From Mycobacterium sp. (GTDB lineage: Bacteria > Actinomycetota > Actinomycetes > Mycobacteriales > Mycobacteriaceae), in the NCBI GenBank assembly GCA_051006775.1, contig JBPCSX010000148.1: 64,000 nt of DNA. One strand, 5' to 3'. The translations under genes were made by a program, and so were the position numbers. Shown piece by piece: positions 23,069-35,166 of this stretch (positions are counted from its first letter, which is position 1; every line of letters starts with the position of its first letter). The notes below the pieces were generated by a model that saw only the letters and a program-made list of their open reading frames with translations, was not told the origin of the DNA and made no database searches.

Positions 23069-25174
23069 GTGTCCGCCACCATCACAGACGAACAGTCCGC
23101 CGCTCGCGATCTTGTGCAGAGCTGGGCCGCCGGCGCCGGCGCGCCCGGCGCGGTGCGCGATGTCGAACTCGGCGCTCCTGACGCCTGGCAGCCGCTGTAC
23201 CGCGGACTGGCCGAGCTCGGCCTGTTCGGCATGGCCGTCGCCGAGGAGTCCGGCGGCGCCGGCGGGACGGTCGCTGACCTGTGCGCGGTGGTCGAGGAGG
23301 CAGCCCGGGCACTGATCCCGGGGCCGGTCGCCGGAACGGCACTGGCCACCCTGGTCATCACCGATCCGGCAGTTCTGCAAGATCTTTCGACCGGCCAGGC
23401 CAGCGCCGGCTTCGCCGTGGAGTCCGAGCTTCGCGAAGAATCCGGCCGGGTGTCCGGGTCGGCGGAGTTCGTACTCGGCGGCCAGAGTTCCGGTGTGCTG
23501 TTGCTGCCGGTGGGTGACCACGTCGTCATGGTCGACGCCGGCGCCGACGGCGTCACGGTCGAGCAGCACGAGGCCACCGACTTCTCCCGCCCACTTGCGC
23601 GGGTCATCCTGAATTCGGTGCCGGCTACCCGACTTGAGGTGTCACGGTCCCGGTACACCGACCTGGCCGCGACCGTGCTGGCCGCCGAGGCGGCCGGCGT
23701 CGCCCGGTGGGCCCTGGACACCGCCGCGGAGTACGCCAAGGTCCGCGAGCAGTTCGGCAAGCCGATCGGCAGCTTCCAGGCCGTCAAGCACATGTGCGCG
23801 GAGATGCTGCTGCGCTCCCAGCAGTTTGCCGTCGCCGCAGCGGACGCGGCAACCGCAGCGTCCGACGCCGATGACAGCCAGTTGTCCATCGCCGCGGCCG
23901 TCGCCGCGGGGATCGGTATCGAGGCGGCCCGCGCCAACGCCAAAGACTGCATCCAGGTACTCGGCGGGATCGGCATCACCTGGGAGCACGACGCGCATCT
24001 GTATCTGCGCCGCGCACTGGCGATCGGGCAGTTCCTCGGCGGTCGCGACCACTGGCTACGGCGGGTCACCGAGTTGACCCTCGACGGGGTGCGCCGCCAG
24101 TTGCACATCGACCTGGACTCCGTCGCCGATCTACAGCCCGAGATCGCCGCCGCGGTCGCCGAGGTGGCCGCTCTTCCAGTCGAGAAGCGTCAGCGGGCAC
24201 TGGCCGACGCCGGCCTGCAGGCACCGCACTGGCCGAAGCCCTATGGTCGTGCGGCGTCTCCGGCCGAGCAGTTGCTCATCGACCAGGAACTCGGCCGCGC
24301 CGGCGTCCAGCGCCCGGATCTCGTCATCGGATGGTGGGCGGTGCCGACGATCCTCGAGGGTGGCACGCCTGCGCAGATCGACCGCTTCGTGCCGCCCACC
24401 CTGCGCGGCGAACTGATCTGGTGCCAGTTGTTCAGCGAGCCGGGAGCGGGATCGGATCTGGCCGCGCTGCGCACCAAGGCCGTTCGCGCCGAAGGGGGTT
24501 GGAAACTCACCGGTCAGAAGGTGTGGACCTCTGCGGCACATAAGGCCGACTGGGGCGTCTGTCTGGCACGCACTGATTCGGATGCGCCCAAACATAAGGG
24601 CATCACCTACTTCCTGGTCGATATGCGCTCTCCCGGCATGGTGATCCGGCCGCTGCGGGAAATCACCGGCGACGAGCTTTTCAACGAGGTTTTCTTCGAC
24701 GAGGTGTTCGTCCCCGACGAGATGGTGGTGGGCCAGATCAACGACGGCTGGCGGCTGGCACGCACCACACTGGCCAGTGAGCGGGTCGCCATGGCACACG
24801 GCACATCACTGGGCAACCCGATGGAGGAGATGCTGAGGGTTCTGCGCGAGGAGGGCATCGATTCCGCGCTGGCCGCCGAACTCGGGGATCTGTTGCTCGC
24901 CGCGCAAATCGGCTCGCTGCTGGATCACCGCATCGCCCAGCTCGCTGTCGCCGGGCAGGACACCAGCGCCGAAGCCAGTGTGCGCAAGCTGATCGGGGTG
25001 CGCTACCGGCAGAGCCTCGAGGAGTTCCGGATGGACCATTCCGCCGGCGGCGGCCTGGTCGACAACCGCGCGGTGCAGAGTTTCTTGAACACCCGGTGTC
25101 TGTCGATCGCCGGCGGCACAGAGCAGATCCTGCTGACGATGGCCGGCGAGCGGTTACTCGGACTGCCGCGCTGA
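23069..25174 (+). CDS. fadE34: Two-domain steroid side-chain acyl-CoA dehydrogenase FadE34 (ChsE3)
   Basis: Two fused ACAD modules: REQFGKPIGSFQAVKH, LFSEPGAGSDL, IAGGTEQI. Confidence 0.95.
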   Translation: MSATITDEQSAARDLVQSWAAGAGAPGAVRDVELGAPDAWQPLYRGLAELGLFGMAVAEESGGAGGTVADLCAVVEEAARALIPGPVAGTALATLVITDPAVLQDLSTGQASAGFAVESELREESGRVSGSAEFVLGGQSSGVLLLPVGDHVVMVDAGADGVTVEQHEATDFSRPLARVILNSVPATRLEVSRSRYTDLAATVLAAEAAGVARWALDTAAEYAKVREQFGKPIGSFQAVKHMCAEMLLRSQQFAVAAADAATAASDADDSQLSIAAAVAAGIGIEAARANAKDCIQVLGGIGITWEHDAHLYLRRALAIGQFLGGRDHWLRRVTELTLDGVRRQLHIDLDSVADLQPEIAAAVAEVAALPVEKRQRALADAGLQAPHWPKPYGRAASPAEQLLIDQELGRAGVQRPDLVIGWWAVPTILEGGTPAQIDRFVPPTLRGELIWCQLFSEPGAGSDLAALRTKAVRAEGGWKLTGQKVWTSAAHKADWGVCLARTDSDAPKHKGITYFLVDMRSPGMVIRPLREITGDELFNEVFFDEVFVPDEMVVGQINDGWRLARTTLASERVAMAHGTSLGNPMEEMLRVLREEGIDSALAAELGDLLLAAQIGSLLDHRIAQLAVAGQDTSAEASVRKLIGVRYRQSLEEFRMDHSAGGGLVDNRAVQSFLNTRCLSIAGGTEQILLTMAGERLLGLPR

Positions 25175-25212
25175 CCGCCGCCGCAGGCGTGACGGCAACT
25201 TCACAGTGGGGC

Positions 25213-25240
25213 CCGAGCGTGAAAATAATTTCACGCTCGG
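25213..25240. terminator. REP-like hairpin, likely bidirectional terminator between convergent genes
   Basis: CCGAGCGTGAAA-ataa-TTTCACGCTCGG, perfect 12-bp stem. Confidence 0.75.
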
Positions 25241-25247
25241 CGCTCGA

Positions 25248-25541
25248 CTAATCGTCGTAGGTCACCTCGACGTCGTCGGAAATCGGATGGGCCTGGCACG
25301 CCAGGATCAGCCCCTCGGCGAGGTCGTCGGGTTCAAGCACGTCGTTGGCCTCCATCTCGACCTCACCGCTGACCTTTGTCACGGTGCAGGCCCCGCAGTG
25401 GCCCTCCCGGCAGGAGAACGGCGCCTCGATTCCCCTGTCCAGGAGTACGTCGAGAAGTTTCTCGCCGCGCGGCCACGACACCGTGTGGGTCTGCCCGTCG
25501 AGGTGGACGATGACGGTGGCCGGATCGCCGGTGGAAGCCAT
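25248..25541 (-). CDS. Stand-alone 2Fe-2S ferredoxin equal to the C-terminal domain of KshB
   Basis: APFSCREGHCGAC...GLILACQ, VEVTYD end. Occupies the kshB (Rv3571) position. FAD/NAD domains are absent. Confidence 0.88.
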   Translation of the reverse strand: MASTGDPATVIVHLDGQTHTVSWPRGEKLLDVLLDRGIEAPFSCREGHCGACTVTKVSGEVEMEANDVLEPDDLAEGLILACQAHPISDDVEVTYDD

Positions 25542-25566
25542 GGGCCGAACCACTCCCTTCCAGAAC

Positions 25567-25580
25567 TAGAACACGTTACA
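25567..25580. promoter_or_regulatory. KstR operator
   Basis: TAGAACACGTTACA matches TnnAACnnGTTnnA. Confidence 0.9.
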
Positions 25581-25634
25581 GAAATGACAAATTGGTGAAC
25601 TACCAGCTACGCAAACGTCCTGCTCGACACAAAT

Positions 25635-25648
25635 CGTAACGTGTTCTA
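25635..25648. promoter_or_regulatory. KstR operator with one mismatch
   Basis: CGTAACGTGTTCTA, 36 bp upstream of hsaA ATG. Confidence 0.75.
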
Positions 25649-25684
25649 GTCTGAGGGTCAGAACTGCTCTTCTGGGAGGCATCA

Positions 25685-28654
<2,970 letters not shown>

Positions 28655-28659
28655 CCGCC

Positions 28660-29226
28660 ATGTCGGCTGAACCGATCGATCCTCGCGCGTTCCGTCAGGT
28701 ACTCGGCCAGTTCTGCACCGGGATCACCATCATCACCACCATGCATGAGGGCGAGCCCAACGGTTTTGCCTGCCAGTCCTTCGCTGCACTGTCACTGGAC
28801 CCGCCACTGGTGCTGTTCTGCCCGACCAAGATGTCGAGGTCATGGCAGGCGATCGAGGCCAGCGGGCACTTCTGTGTGAACATCCTGACCGAGGCGCAGC
28901 GCGAGGTGTGCGCCCGGTTCGGGTCGAGGGAACCTGACAAGTTCTCCGGGATCGACTGGCATGAAAGCGGTTTGGGCTCCCCGGTACTGGACGGCTCACT
29001 GGCTCATATCGACTGCACGGTGGCGTCGGTGCATGACGGCGGTGATCACTTCGTGGTGTTCGGCGCCGTGCAGTCGCTATCCGAGGTGCCCAGCGTGAAA
29101 CCCCGACCACTGCTGTTCTATCGCGGTGAGTACACCGGAATCGAGCCGGACAAGAACACTCCGGCGCAGTGGCGTGATGACCTCGAGTCATTCCTGACCA
29201 CCTCCGGCCCGGATACCTGGCTCTAG
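28660..29226 (+). CDS. hsaB: Flavin reductase component of HsaAB
   Basis: IDPRAFRQVLGQFCTG, GGDHFVV, conserved DTWL end. Confidence 0.96.
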   Translation: MSAEPIDPRAFRQVLGQFCTGITIITTMHEGEPNGFACQSFAALSLDPPLVLFCPTKMSRSWQAIEASGHFCVNILTEAQREVCARFGSREPDKFSGIDWHESGLGSPVLDGSLAHIDCTVASVHDGGDHFVVFGAVQSLSEVPSVKPRPLLFYRGEYTGIEPDKNTPAQWRDDLESFLTTSGPDTWL

Positions 29227-32200
29227 TCGGGCATACCGACCAGCACACCCTCTATCGCACCGTCGGTGCCCACCAGCAGTCCCCGGCCAGGTGGCAGCTG
29301 TGCGGCGCTGGTCCGGCCGAACACCTTCACCGCCACGGGATCGTTATCCATAAACAGCGTCGGAGTCCGGGCGCCGGTGAGCTTCTGGAGGAATGGGTTC
29401 ATCGCCGATACGCCAGCCCAGTTTCCGGGCAGCCGGGCGGCGATCACGTGCAGACCGATCTCCCGGCCCCGTTCGATGAGGTTCCACAGCGGGGCCGTGG
29501 CGGCCTGCTGCCCGATTGCGCCGCCGGCGCGAAGTTCCTGCTCGTCGTCGATGAGTACGAAGTGGTGCGGACCTTCCCAGGATCTCCGGCCGAGGAGCTC
29601 AGCCTGTGTCAGGCCCGGTGGTGGCAGGCGACCGGCCATGATGTCGGCGAGTTCTGCGAGCGCGCTGTCGATGTCGACAGCGGTATATGCGTAGGCCCGG
29701 ACAGCGGGCCCCGCGATCCGGCCAATCAGTGTGGTCTTCGGATCGATGATTGTGATCTGAGCCTGCTCGGGCGACAGCCCGGCTGCGATCGCCTGGCCGA
29801 TGGCGGCCAGCGCGCTGGTCTTGCCGCAGCCCTGCCGGCCCATCACGAGCAGATGCGGCAGTTGGCCGGCCGGCAACGCAACGGGTTGTAGTGCGCTCTC
29901 CCCCAGCGCGAACGGAATATCAAACTCGTCCGCGGCCGTACTTCGGTGGGCAGCGAGGATGTCGCGCAATGGAATCCGCCGGGGCAGCCGCGCCAGCGTC
30001 TCCACCTTGCCCATTCCGGTGAGTCCGGTGATGGCAGCGCCGATCTCCCGGGTGGGAATGGCCTCGCCATCGTTTCCACGGAGTTCGGGAAGCCCGATGA
30101 GCAGTTCATGGCCGGTTCTGGTGACGCCGAATCCGGGCCGGTCCACGGTGTTGCGAGCGGCGCGGCGGTGCTCCATCCCGGTGCCCATCGCAGTCTCGTC
30201 CGGATTGCTCAGTCGCAGCTGAATTCTGGCGTTGGCGACGTTCAGTAAGGCCTGCTTCTGCCCTACCAACCAACCGCTTGCGCTGGTGATGATGTGGACC
30301 CCATAGGAAAGCCCCTGTCGCGCAATAGCTATCACCCGGTCTCCGGCGCCGGCATCCTTCTCGTAGAGATCTGCGAAGTTGTCGATGACGAGAAACACGT
30401 CGCCGAACTTGTCTCCCAGATCGGTGTCATGACTTCGCAGTGCCCCAAATCTGCGCTCCCGGAACTCTGCGATGTCTATCTGGAATTGCTTGAATGCAGC
30501 CTCCCTGGCGCGGATCACCCCCTCAACCGTCGCCAGGGTTCGCGACACTCCCTCGGCGTCGGTGACACTGACGACTCCGGCCACATGAGGTATCGCCTCG
30601 ATCGGATATAGCGCCGCTCCGACGCAAAAGAACGTCAGCCTTTCCGGCCGGTACATCAGCGCACCCGCGGTGATCAAGGACATGAGGGTCGTTGACTTCC
30701 CGCGCTGCGCGGTGGCGACGACGATGACATTGTCCATCTCGGCATCGATGACGTGCACCCGTTGGGCGTGGTCCTCGGGAAAGTCCTCCATGCCCACCGG
30801 AAAGACCAGGCCGGGATTGTCGCCATAATCAGCCCACCATGGCTTACCGCGAAAGCGTTCCACGAGTGCGTCGGTGGGCTCGCTGACCTCCAGGGGCGGT
30901 AGCCAGATGCGGTGCGGCGGTCGGGCGGGATGCGCGGCGAGTGATTCACGGATGACGTCGAGGAGCTTCATCTTCTTGAATCCGTCTTGGTGATAGAGGT
31001 ATCTGTCTGGCTCGTCCGGCTGGTCGGCGGCCGCAAGTGCACGGTTGTCCTCAGCACTGAGAGGCTGGTACTCCAAGTTCAGTGATCGAGGCTGGGTGAA
31101 GGAGACCGAGACCGCGGTGTCCGGTTTGGGGAGCTTCGGGACGACGAAGGGTGCTGAGACGTAGAAGCAGCGGAACTGCTCAAGTTCGCGAGGACCGACC
31201 TTGAGAAGTGCGTAGCCATTCTCCTTCGACGGCAGGTGCAGTGCGGCATCGCTACCGATGAGGTCTCGGGAATCCTCGGCCGTCTCAGCCCGTAGCGCGA
31301 CCCGGAAGGCAATGTTGCTCTTGGCCTTGCTCAACGAGGACAGATCCAGGCGCTGTCCCCCGAGGGTGAAGAAGACATTGCAGCCGCGTCCCTCCTGCCC
31401 GATGTGTATGACGAGATCGATCCAGTCCGGATGGTGATGGAAGAGTTCGAGGTATTCATCGATGATCACCAGCAGGATCGGTACCGGCTCGAGGTCACGG
31501 CCGGCCAGCCGCATCTCCTCGTATTCGTTGGCGTCCCTGGCCCCGGCGTCCTTGAAAAGGCGGTAGCGGCGGGCCAGCTCGCCGTCTATCGCTTTGCGCA
31601 TCCTCTCAGCAAGGTGTCGCTCATCGCTGCCGAGATTAGACAGCGAACCCACCACATGCGGCAATCCTTCGAGGTCCTGGGCAGCTGACTCAAACTTCAT
31701 ATCGACGAAGATGACGATGAAGGTCTCCGGTGAATGTGTCAGTGCGATCCCGTTGCACAACGACAGGAAATATTCGGACTTTCCCGAGCCTGAAGTGCCG
31801 ACGACCACCGAGTGGAAGCCATAACCGCCGAAGTCCTTCGCCCGCAGAATGACATGCTGGAGATCACCACCGGGGCGAACACCGACAGGAATCATCGCCC
31901 AGCGCGCATCTCCTCGGCCTCGGCTCTCCGCCCATAACCGGTCCATATCAAGGTTCCTGGGGTCGCTGATACCCAAGGCTCGCAACAGTTCCCCGCCCCC
32001 GCCGTCAGTCTCGGGGAGTTCGGCAGCGATAGCCGGCGACCAACGCGCCATCGTCCGCCCGTAGCGACCGGCCGTGCTCTCGGGGAGCAGATCAGCGACG
32101 GCATAGAAGGATCCGCGATGGGTCAGGCGGCCCTCCCGGAGTTCGAAGCTCTGCTCGTCGCGGCCGAATCCGACGCCGGTTCCGGTCCGTGCGGCAAGTC

Positions 32201-33302
32201 GTAGCACGGTTATCCCGGCCATCCCCTTCTGGCCGGTGACGGCTTCCCACTGCTCCGGTGTGCCGGTGCCGTCATCGACGATTACCCAATGCGGTCCCAG
32301 TCCTGGCGGACCGGCGGCGTTCGTCGGCGACAGCGCCGCGATCGGGCCGGCCCCGACGGGTGGGGTCCATGGACCGCGCCCCTTGCGGTGTAGTTCGGCA
32401 TCGAGTACCTCCTCGAGCTCGGTCGGTGAGGCAAACACCAGCCGCCGCGGCCCGCAGGCATCGACCATGTCGTCGTGTTGGTTATGCGGTAGCCACACCA
32501 GCCACGACCACTGTTCTGGATGCCGGGTCACCACCAGCAGCTTCACATCAGCGGGACTGTGGTGGACTGCCACCGAGCACAGCAGTGAGCGCGTCAGTGC
32601 CCGCAGTTGCGTCACATCGTCACTGATGAAGCTGAATCCAGGTTGCGAACACAGACTCAGCACTTTCGGAATGCCGCGAATCCTGCTCTGTTCCAGCATG
32701 AAATCGCGCAGCGCCCGACCGGTAACCGGCTCGAGTTCTTCGCCGACCGGGACGTCGGGCCACTGCAGTGATACACCGGAGTCCGCGGTCGACTGAACGC
32801 CGGTGCCGAGTCGCACATCGAGGAAGTCCGGATCGGCCGGCCGCCGCTCCCACATCCGCGGTCCGCCGATCACATGAGCGAGCTGCTGCGGATCGCCGTG
32901 CACGAAGGTCTGGCTGCTGCGCTGTTGGTGGGCAGCCCGCTGAATCTCTGCGCGGTCCTCGTCGAGCCGACGTAGGTAGGTCCTGCGCTGCTTCTCCTGT
33001 TCACCCCAGGTGATCCGGCGGGTGCGACCGAGCCGGCCACTGAACATCAACGAGCCGAACCCGACGAGTCCGATCAACGGAAACAGTCCGGACTGCAGGG
33101 ATCGCACTCCGGACGTGTACATCACCAGGATCGTGCCCAGAATTCCCACCAGGAGGGCCGGGGCAGCGATCATCAGCAGGAGGTTGCGCGGCTCGCGCTC
33201 CGGCAGAGCAAGTGGTGCTGGGACGGCAACGCGGAGCGGCGAAACCATCGGGACGGGTGCCCGAACGCCCCGGACGAACCCTTTCTTCGTCATCTCAGCC
33301 AT
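29223..33302 (-). CDS. eccC: Type VII secretion FtsK/SpoIIIE ATPase EccC, unsplit, ESX-2-like
   Basis: 1359 aa. Two N-terminal TM helices, GGPRMWER, GTSGSGKS plus IIDE, AQRGKS, GRQGCGKT, LPPGRGLL. Recalled closeness to EccC2 (LPEREPRN, LEPVTG.ALRDF). Confidence 0.92.
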   Translation of the reverse strand: MAEMTKKGFVRGVRAPVPMVSPLRVAVPAPLALPEREPRNLLLMIAAPALLVGILGTILVMYTSGVRSLQSGLFPLIGLVGFGSLMFSGRLGRTRRITWGEQEKQRRTYLRRLDEDRAEIQRAAHQQRSSQTFVHGDPQQLAHVIGGPRMWERRPADPDFLDVRLGTGVQSTADSGVSLQWPDVPVGEELEPVTGRALRDFMLEQSRIRGIPKVLSLCSQPGFSFISDDVTQLRALTRSLLCSVAVHHSPADVKLLVVTRHPEQWSWLVWLPHNQHDDMVDACGPRRLVFASPTELEEVLDAELHRKGRGPWTPPVGAGPIAALSPTNAAGPPGLGPHWVIVDDGTGTPEQWEAVTGQKGMAGITVLRLAARTGTGVGFGRDEQSFELREGRLTHRGSFYAVADLLPESTAGRYGRTMARWSPAIAAELPETDGGGGELLRALGISDPRNLDMDRLWAESRGRGDARWAMIPVGVRPGGDLQHVILRAKDFGGYGFHSVVVGTSGSGKSEYFLSLCNGIALTHSPETFIVIFVDMKFESAAQDLEGLPHVVGSLSNLGSDERHLAERMRKAIDGELARRYRLFKDAGARDANEYEEMRLAGRDLEPVPILLVIIDEYLELFHHHPDWIDLVIHIGQEGRGCNVFFTLGGQRLDLSSLSKAKSNIAFRVALRAETAEDSRDLIGSDAALHLPSKENGYALLKVGPRELEQFRCFYVSAPFVVPKLPKPDTAVSVSFTQPRSLNLEYQPLSAEDNRALAAADQPDEPDRYLYHQDGFKKMKLLDVIRESLAAHPARPPHRIWLPPLEVSEPTDALVERFRGKPWWADYGDNPGLVFPVGMEDFPEDHAQRVHVIDAEMDNVIVVATAQRGKSTTLMSLITAGALMYRPERLTFFCVGAALYPIEAIPHVAGVVSVTDAEGVSRTLATVEGVIRAREAAFKQFQIDIAEFRERRFGALRSHDTDLGDKFGDVFLVIDNFADLYEKDAGAGDRVIAIARQGLSYGVHIITSASGWLVGQKQALLNVANARIQLRLSNPDETAMGTGMEHRRAARNTVDRPGFGVTRTGHELLIGLPELRGNDGEAIPTREIGAAITGLTGMGKVETLARLPRRIPLRDILAAHRSTAADEFDIPFALGESALQPVALPAGQLPHLLVMGRQGCGKTSALAAIGQAIAAGLSPEQAQITIIDPKTTLIGRIAGPAVRAYAYTAVDIDSALAELADIMAGRLPPPGLTQAELLGRRSWEGPHHFVLIDDEQELRAGGAIGQQAATAPLWNLIERGREIGLHVIAARLPGNWAGVSAMNPFLQKLTGARTPTLFMDNDPVAVKVFGRTSAAQLPPGRGLLVGTDGAIEGVLVGMPD

Positions 33303-34800
33303 CCCCGCCGGCCATCGGCGACATATCGTTACTGGTGATCCCTCGCCCCGACCCCAGCGGCGTTATCGAGTCACGGGACACCAGGGCATCGGACCGGGTG
33401 ATCGCCGGCCCGGCCGCGAAGGTACGCAGGAGCGGCCATGGCGCCTGGGCGGCGCGATCGGGATCTATTGCCAACGCGCTCAACGTCTCTCGGTCTCTTT
33501 CGATCCCATACCGGACGCCCTGCGGCGACACCCAGAAGAGGCTCTCGCGGGTGTCACCGACGAGGCCGCCACCTGTCGATGCGACGAAGTTGGCCGCGCC
33601 CGGGATCATCAGGGTGTGCTGCGCTTCCGTCGAGTCCGGACCGCGGCTGTCGCGCACCAGGCTGACGATGCGGTCATCCAGGGATTGCGGTGTCGGCAGG
33701 CCACGTCCGGAGAAGATCGACACCGCCGCCTGCCGGTCGGTACCGCGTTTGGTCCAACTCACGCAGGTGACCGGGTTGGCAACGGTGTCGATGAAACTCA
33801 GCCGCCCGGTGGGATAGAAGTCCACCTCAAGACCATCGATCTCGGGAATGTGGACCAGGGTGTCCGGTGCGATCAGTTGCGGCTGGGTCACGCCGTGGCT
33901 GTCGGCGGCGCGCAAGAGGTCGGCAACGAATGCGGTGATCTTCTGAACCCCGTTGGCCAGGAGCACATAGAACCCGTTGACCGTTCCGGCGGCGTCGCGG
34001 GTCTGGAGGACACGGCCGACGACCGAACCTGGAAGTAGCCGCGACGGGCTACCCGCCCCCGCAACCGTGGGAACGACCAGGGGTTCAGTCGCGGGCATCG
34101 CATCGAAGAGCGCATTGGAGATGGCAACGGGGTGGACTGCCGCGGTGTCGAGCCCGAGGTTGAAGGTGACCGCTCGGTCCCCTGGGTCGATCCGGGCCCT
34201 TCTGCCGTTCCAGATCAGGTAGGTGGCGTCGTCATGGGTGGCAAGCACGGCCTGGTTCTCCGTCATCACCTGGGCTCGACCCGCACCGGTGAGCTGTCCG
34301 GCGATCGCGGTGACCGTCGGCGCCGCATTGCCGCCGTAGGCAGACGCGGTGTCACAGACCGCCCAGGCCGAGACCGGGTCACCGGACACTGGAAGTTCTC
34401 CCGGGAGTCCCGGGATGCCGATCAACGGTCCGGTGGGGTACTTGTCGATCTCCGACGCCGTCACCCAGGTCGGTGCAGCTGGGCTTCCGGTGGCCAACCG
34501 GGCCGAGGTGAGGTTGAGCGCCGGGTGCAACCGTCCGTCGACTTTCGCATACAGCGCGCCGGTGGAGCGGTTTCCGATTATCGGAGACTGCCCGGCCAGG
34601 CCGGCCGGCTTCATCACCTGCAGCAGGGCCATCCATCCACAGACCAGGGCGACGAACACTGCGGAGAGGGCGAGCGCGGCCTGCTGTTTGCGGTCGTCAT
34701 GTTTCATCCGCACCGAGAACCGGGTGATGGCGGCCCGCAGGCGGCGGTTGTAAAACAGGTGACCCGAGTTTTGGTCCCGGTTTGACAGATTCAGTGGCAC
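33295..34800 (-). CDS. eccB: Type VII secretion membrane component EccB, ESX-2-like
   Basis: PLNLSNRDQNSGHLFYNRRLRAA...MKHDDRKQ resembles the EccB2 N-terminus. One TM, PALNLTSARL, conserved Cys pair, GVRYGI. Confidence 0.92.
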   Translation of the reverse strand: MPLNLSNRDQNSGHLFYNRRLRAAITRFSVRMKHDDRKQQAALALSAVFVALVCGWMALLQVMKPAGLAGQSPIIGNRSTGALYAKVDGRLHPALNLTSARLATGSPAAPTWVTASEIDKYPTGPLIGIPGLPGELPVSGDPVSAWAVCDTASAYGGNAAPTVTAIAGQLTGAGRAQVMTENQAVLATHDDATYLIWNGRRARIDPGDRAVTFNLGLDTAAVHPVAISNALFDAMPATEPLVVPTVAGAGSPSRLLPGSVVGRVLQTRDAAGTVNGFYVLLANGVQKITAFVADLLRAADSHGVTQPQLIAPDTLVHIPEIDGLEVDFYPTGRLSFIDTVANPVTCVSWTKRGTDRQAAVSIFSGRGLPTPQSLDDRIVSLVRDSRGPDSTEAQHTLMIPGAANFVASTGGGLVGDTRESLFWVSPQGVRYGIERDRETLSALAIDPDRAAQAPWPLLRTFAAGPAITRSDALVSRDSITPLGSGRGITSNDMSPMAGGDG

Positions 34801-34813
34801 GACCGCCCCCGGA

Positions 34814-35131
34814 TCATTGAAGACCCTCGCCGTAGCGGGCCTCATGGTCACACAGCGCCTCATCCCGGAGCGCCGCGAACGCGGTGTTGAGCCGTTCCGC
34901 CAGTTCGGTGTGGCTGTAGATCACCATCGCATCGGGGTGCAGGGTCAGCTCGATGAGTTTGCCGTCGGCGTTCGCGACCGCGTGAATATCGCCCATATCC
35001 ACGCTGTAGGTGACGGCTTCAGCCGCTGCCAGATCGGCCTCCCAGCGATCTGTCAAAGCGGTGAGATCGCGTAGGACGGCGTCGACTGTCGCCCTGTCGC
35101 TAAGTCCGTAATCCCCCGTTGACCCCTCCAT
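34814..35131 (-). CDS. Rv0030/DUF2710-like small ESX-associated protein; minus strand, track label + is wrong
   Basis: LSDRATVDAVLRDL...VTYSVDMGDIHAVANADGKLIELTLHP...ARYGEGLQ recalled as close to Rv0030. TGA is the reverse complement of TCA 34814-34816. Confidence 0.78.
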   Translation of the reverse strand: MEGSTGDYGLSDRATVDAVLRDLTALTDRWEADLAAAEAVTYSVDMGDIHAVANADGKLIELTLHPDAMVIYSHTELAERLNTAFAALRDEALCDHEARYGEGLQ

Positions 35132-35137
35132 CGGCAC

Positions 35138-35166
35138 AGTATTTCGGCGGGTTTGAACTGCGTCAA
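35138..35166 (-). promoter_or_regulatory. Putative SigA promoter for the DUF2710-eccB-eccC unit, leaderless
   Basis: TTGACG-N17-AATACT-N6-ATG. The -10 lacks its first T. Confidence 0.45.

Noticed and set aside
25219-25234. GTGAAAATAATTTCAC resembles a Zur box
   Set aside because: It is one base short of the 7-1-7 pattern and lies between two stop codons inside a terminator-like hairpin.
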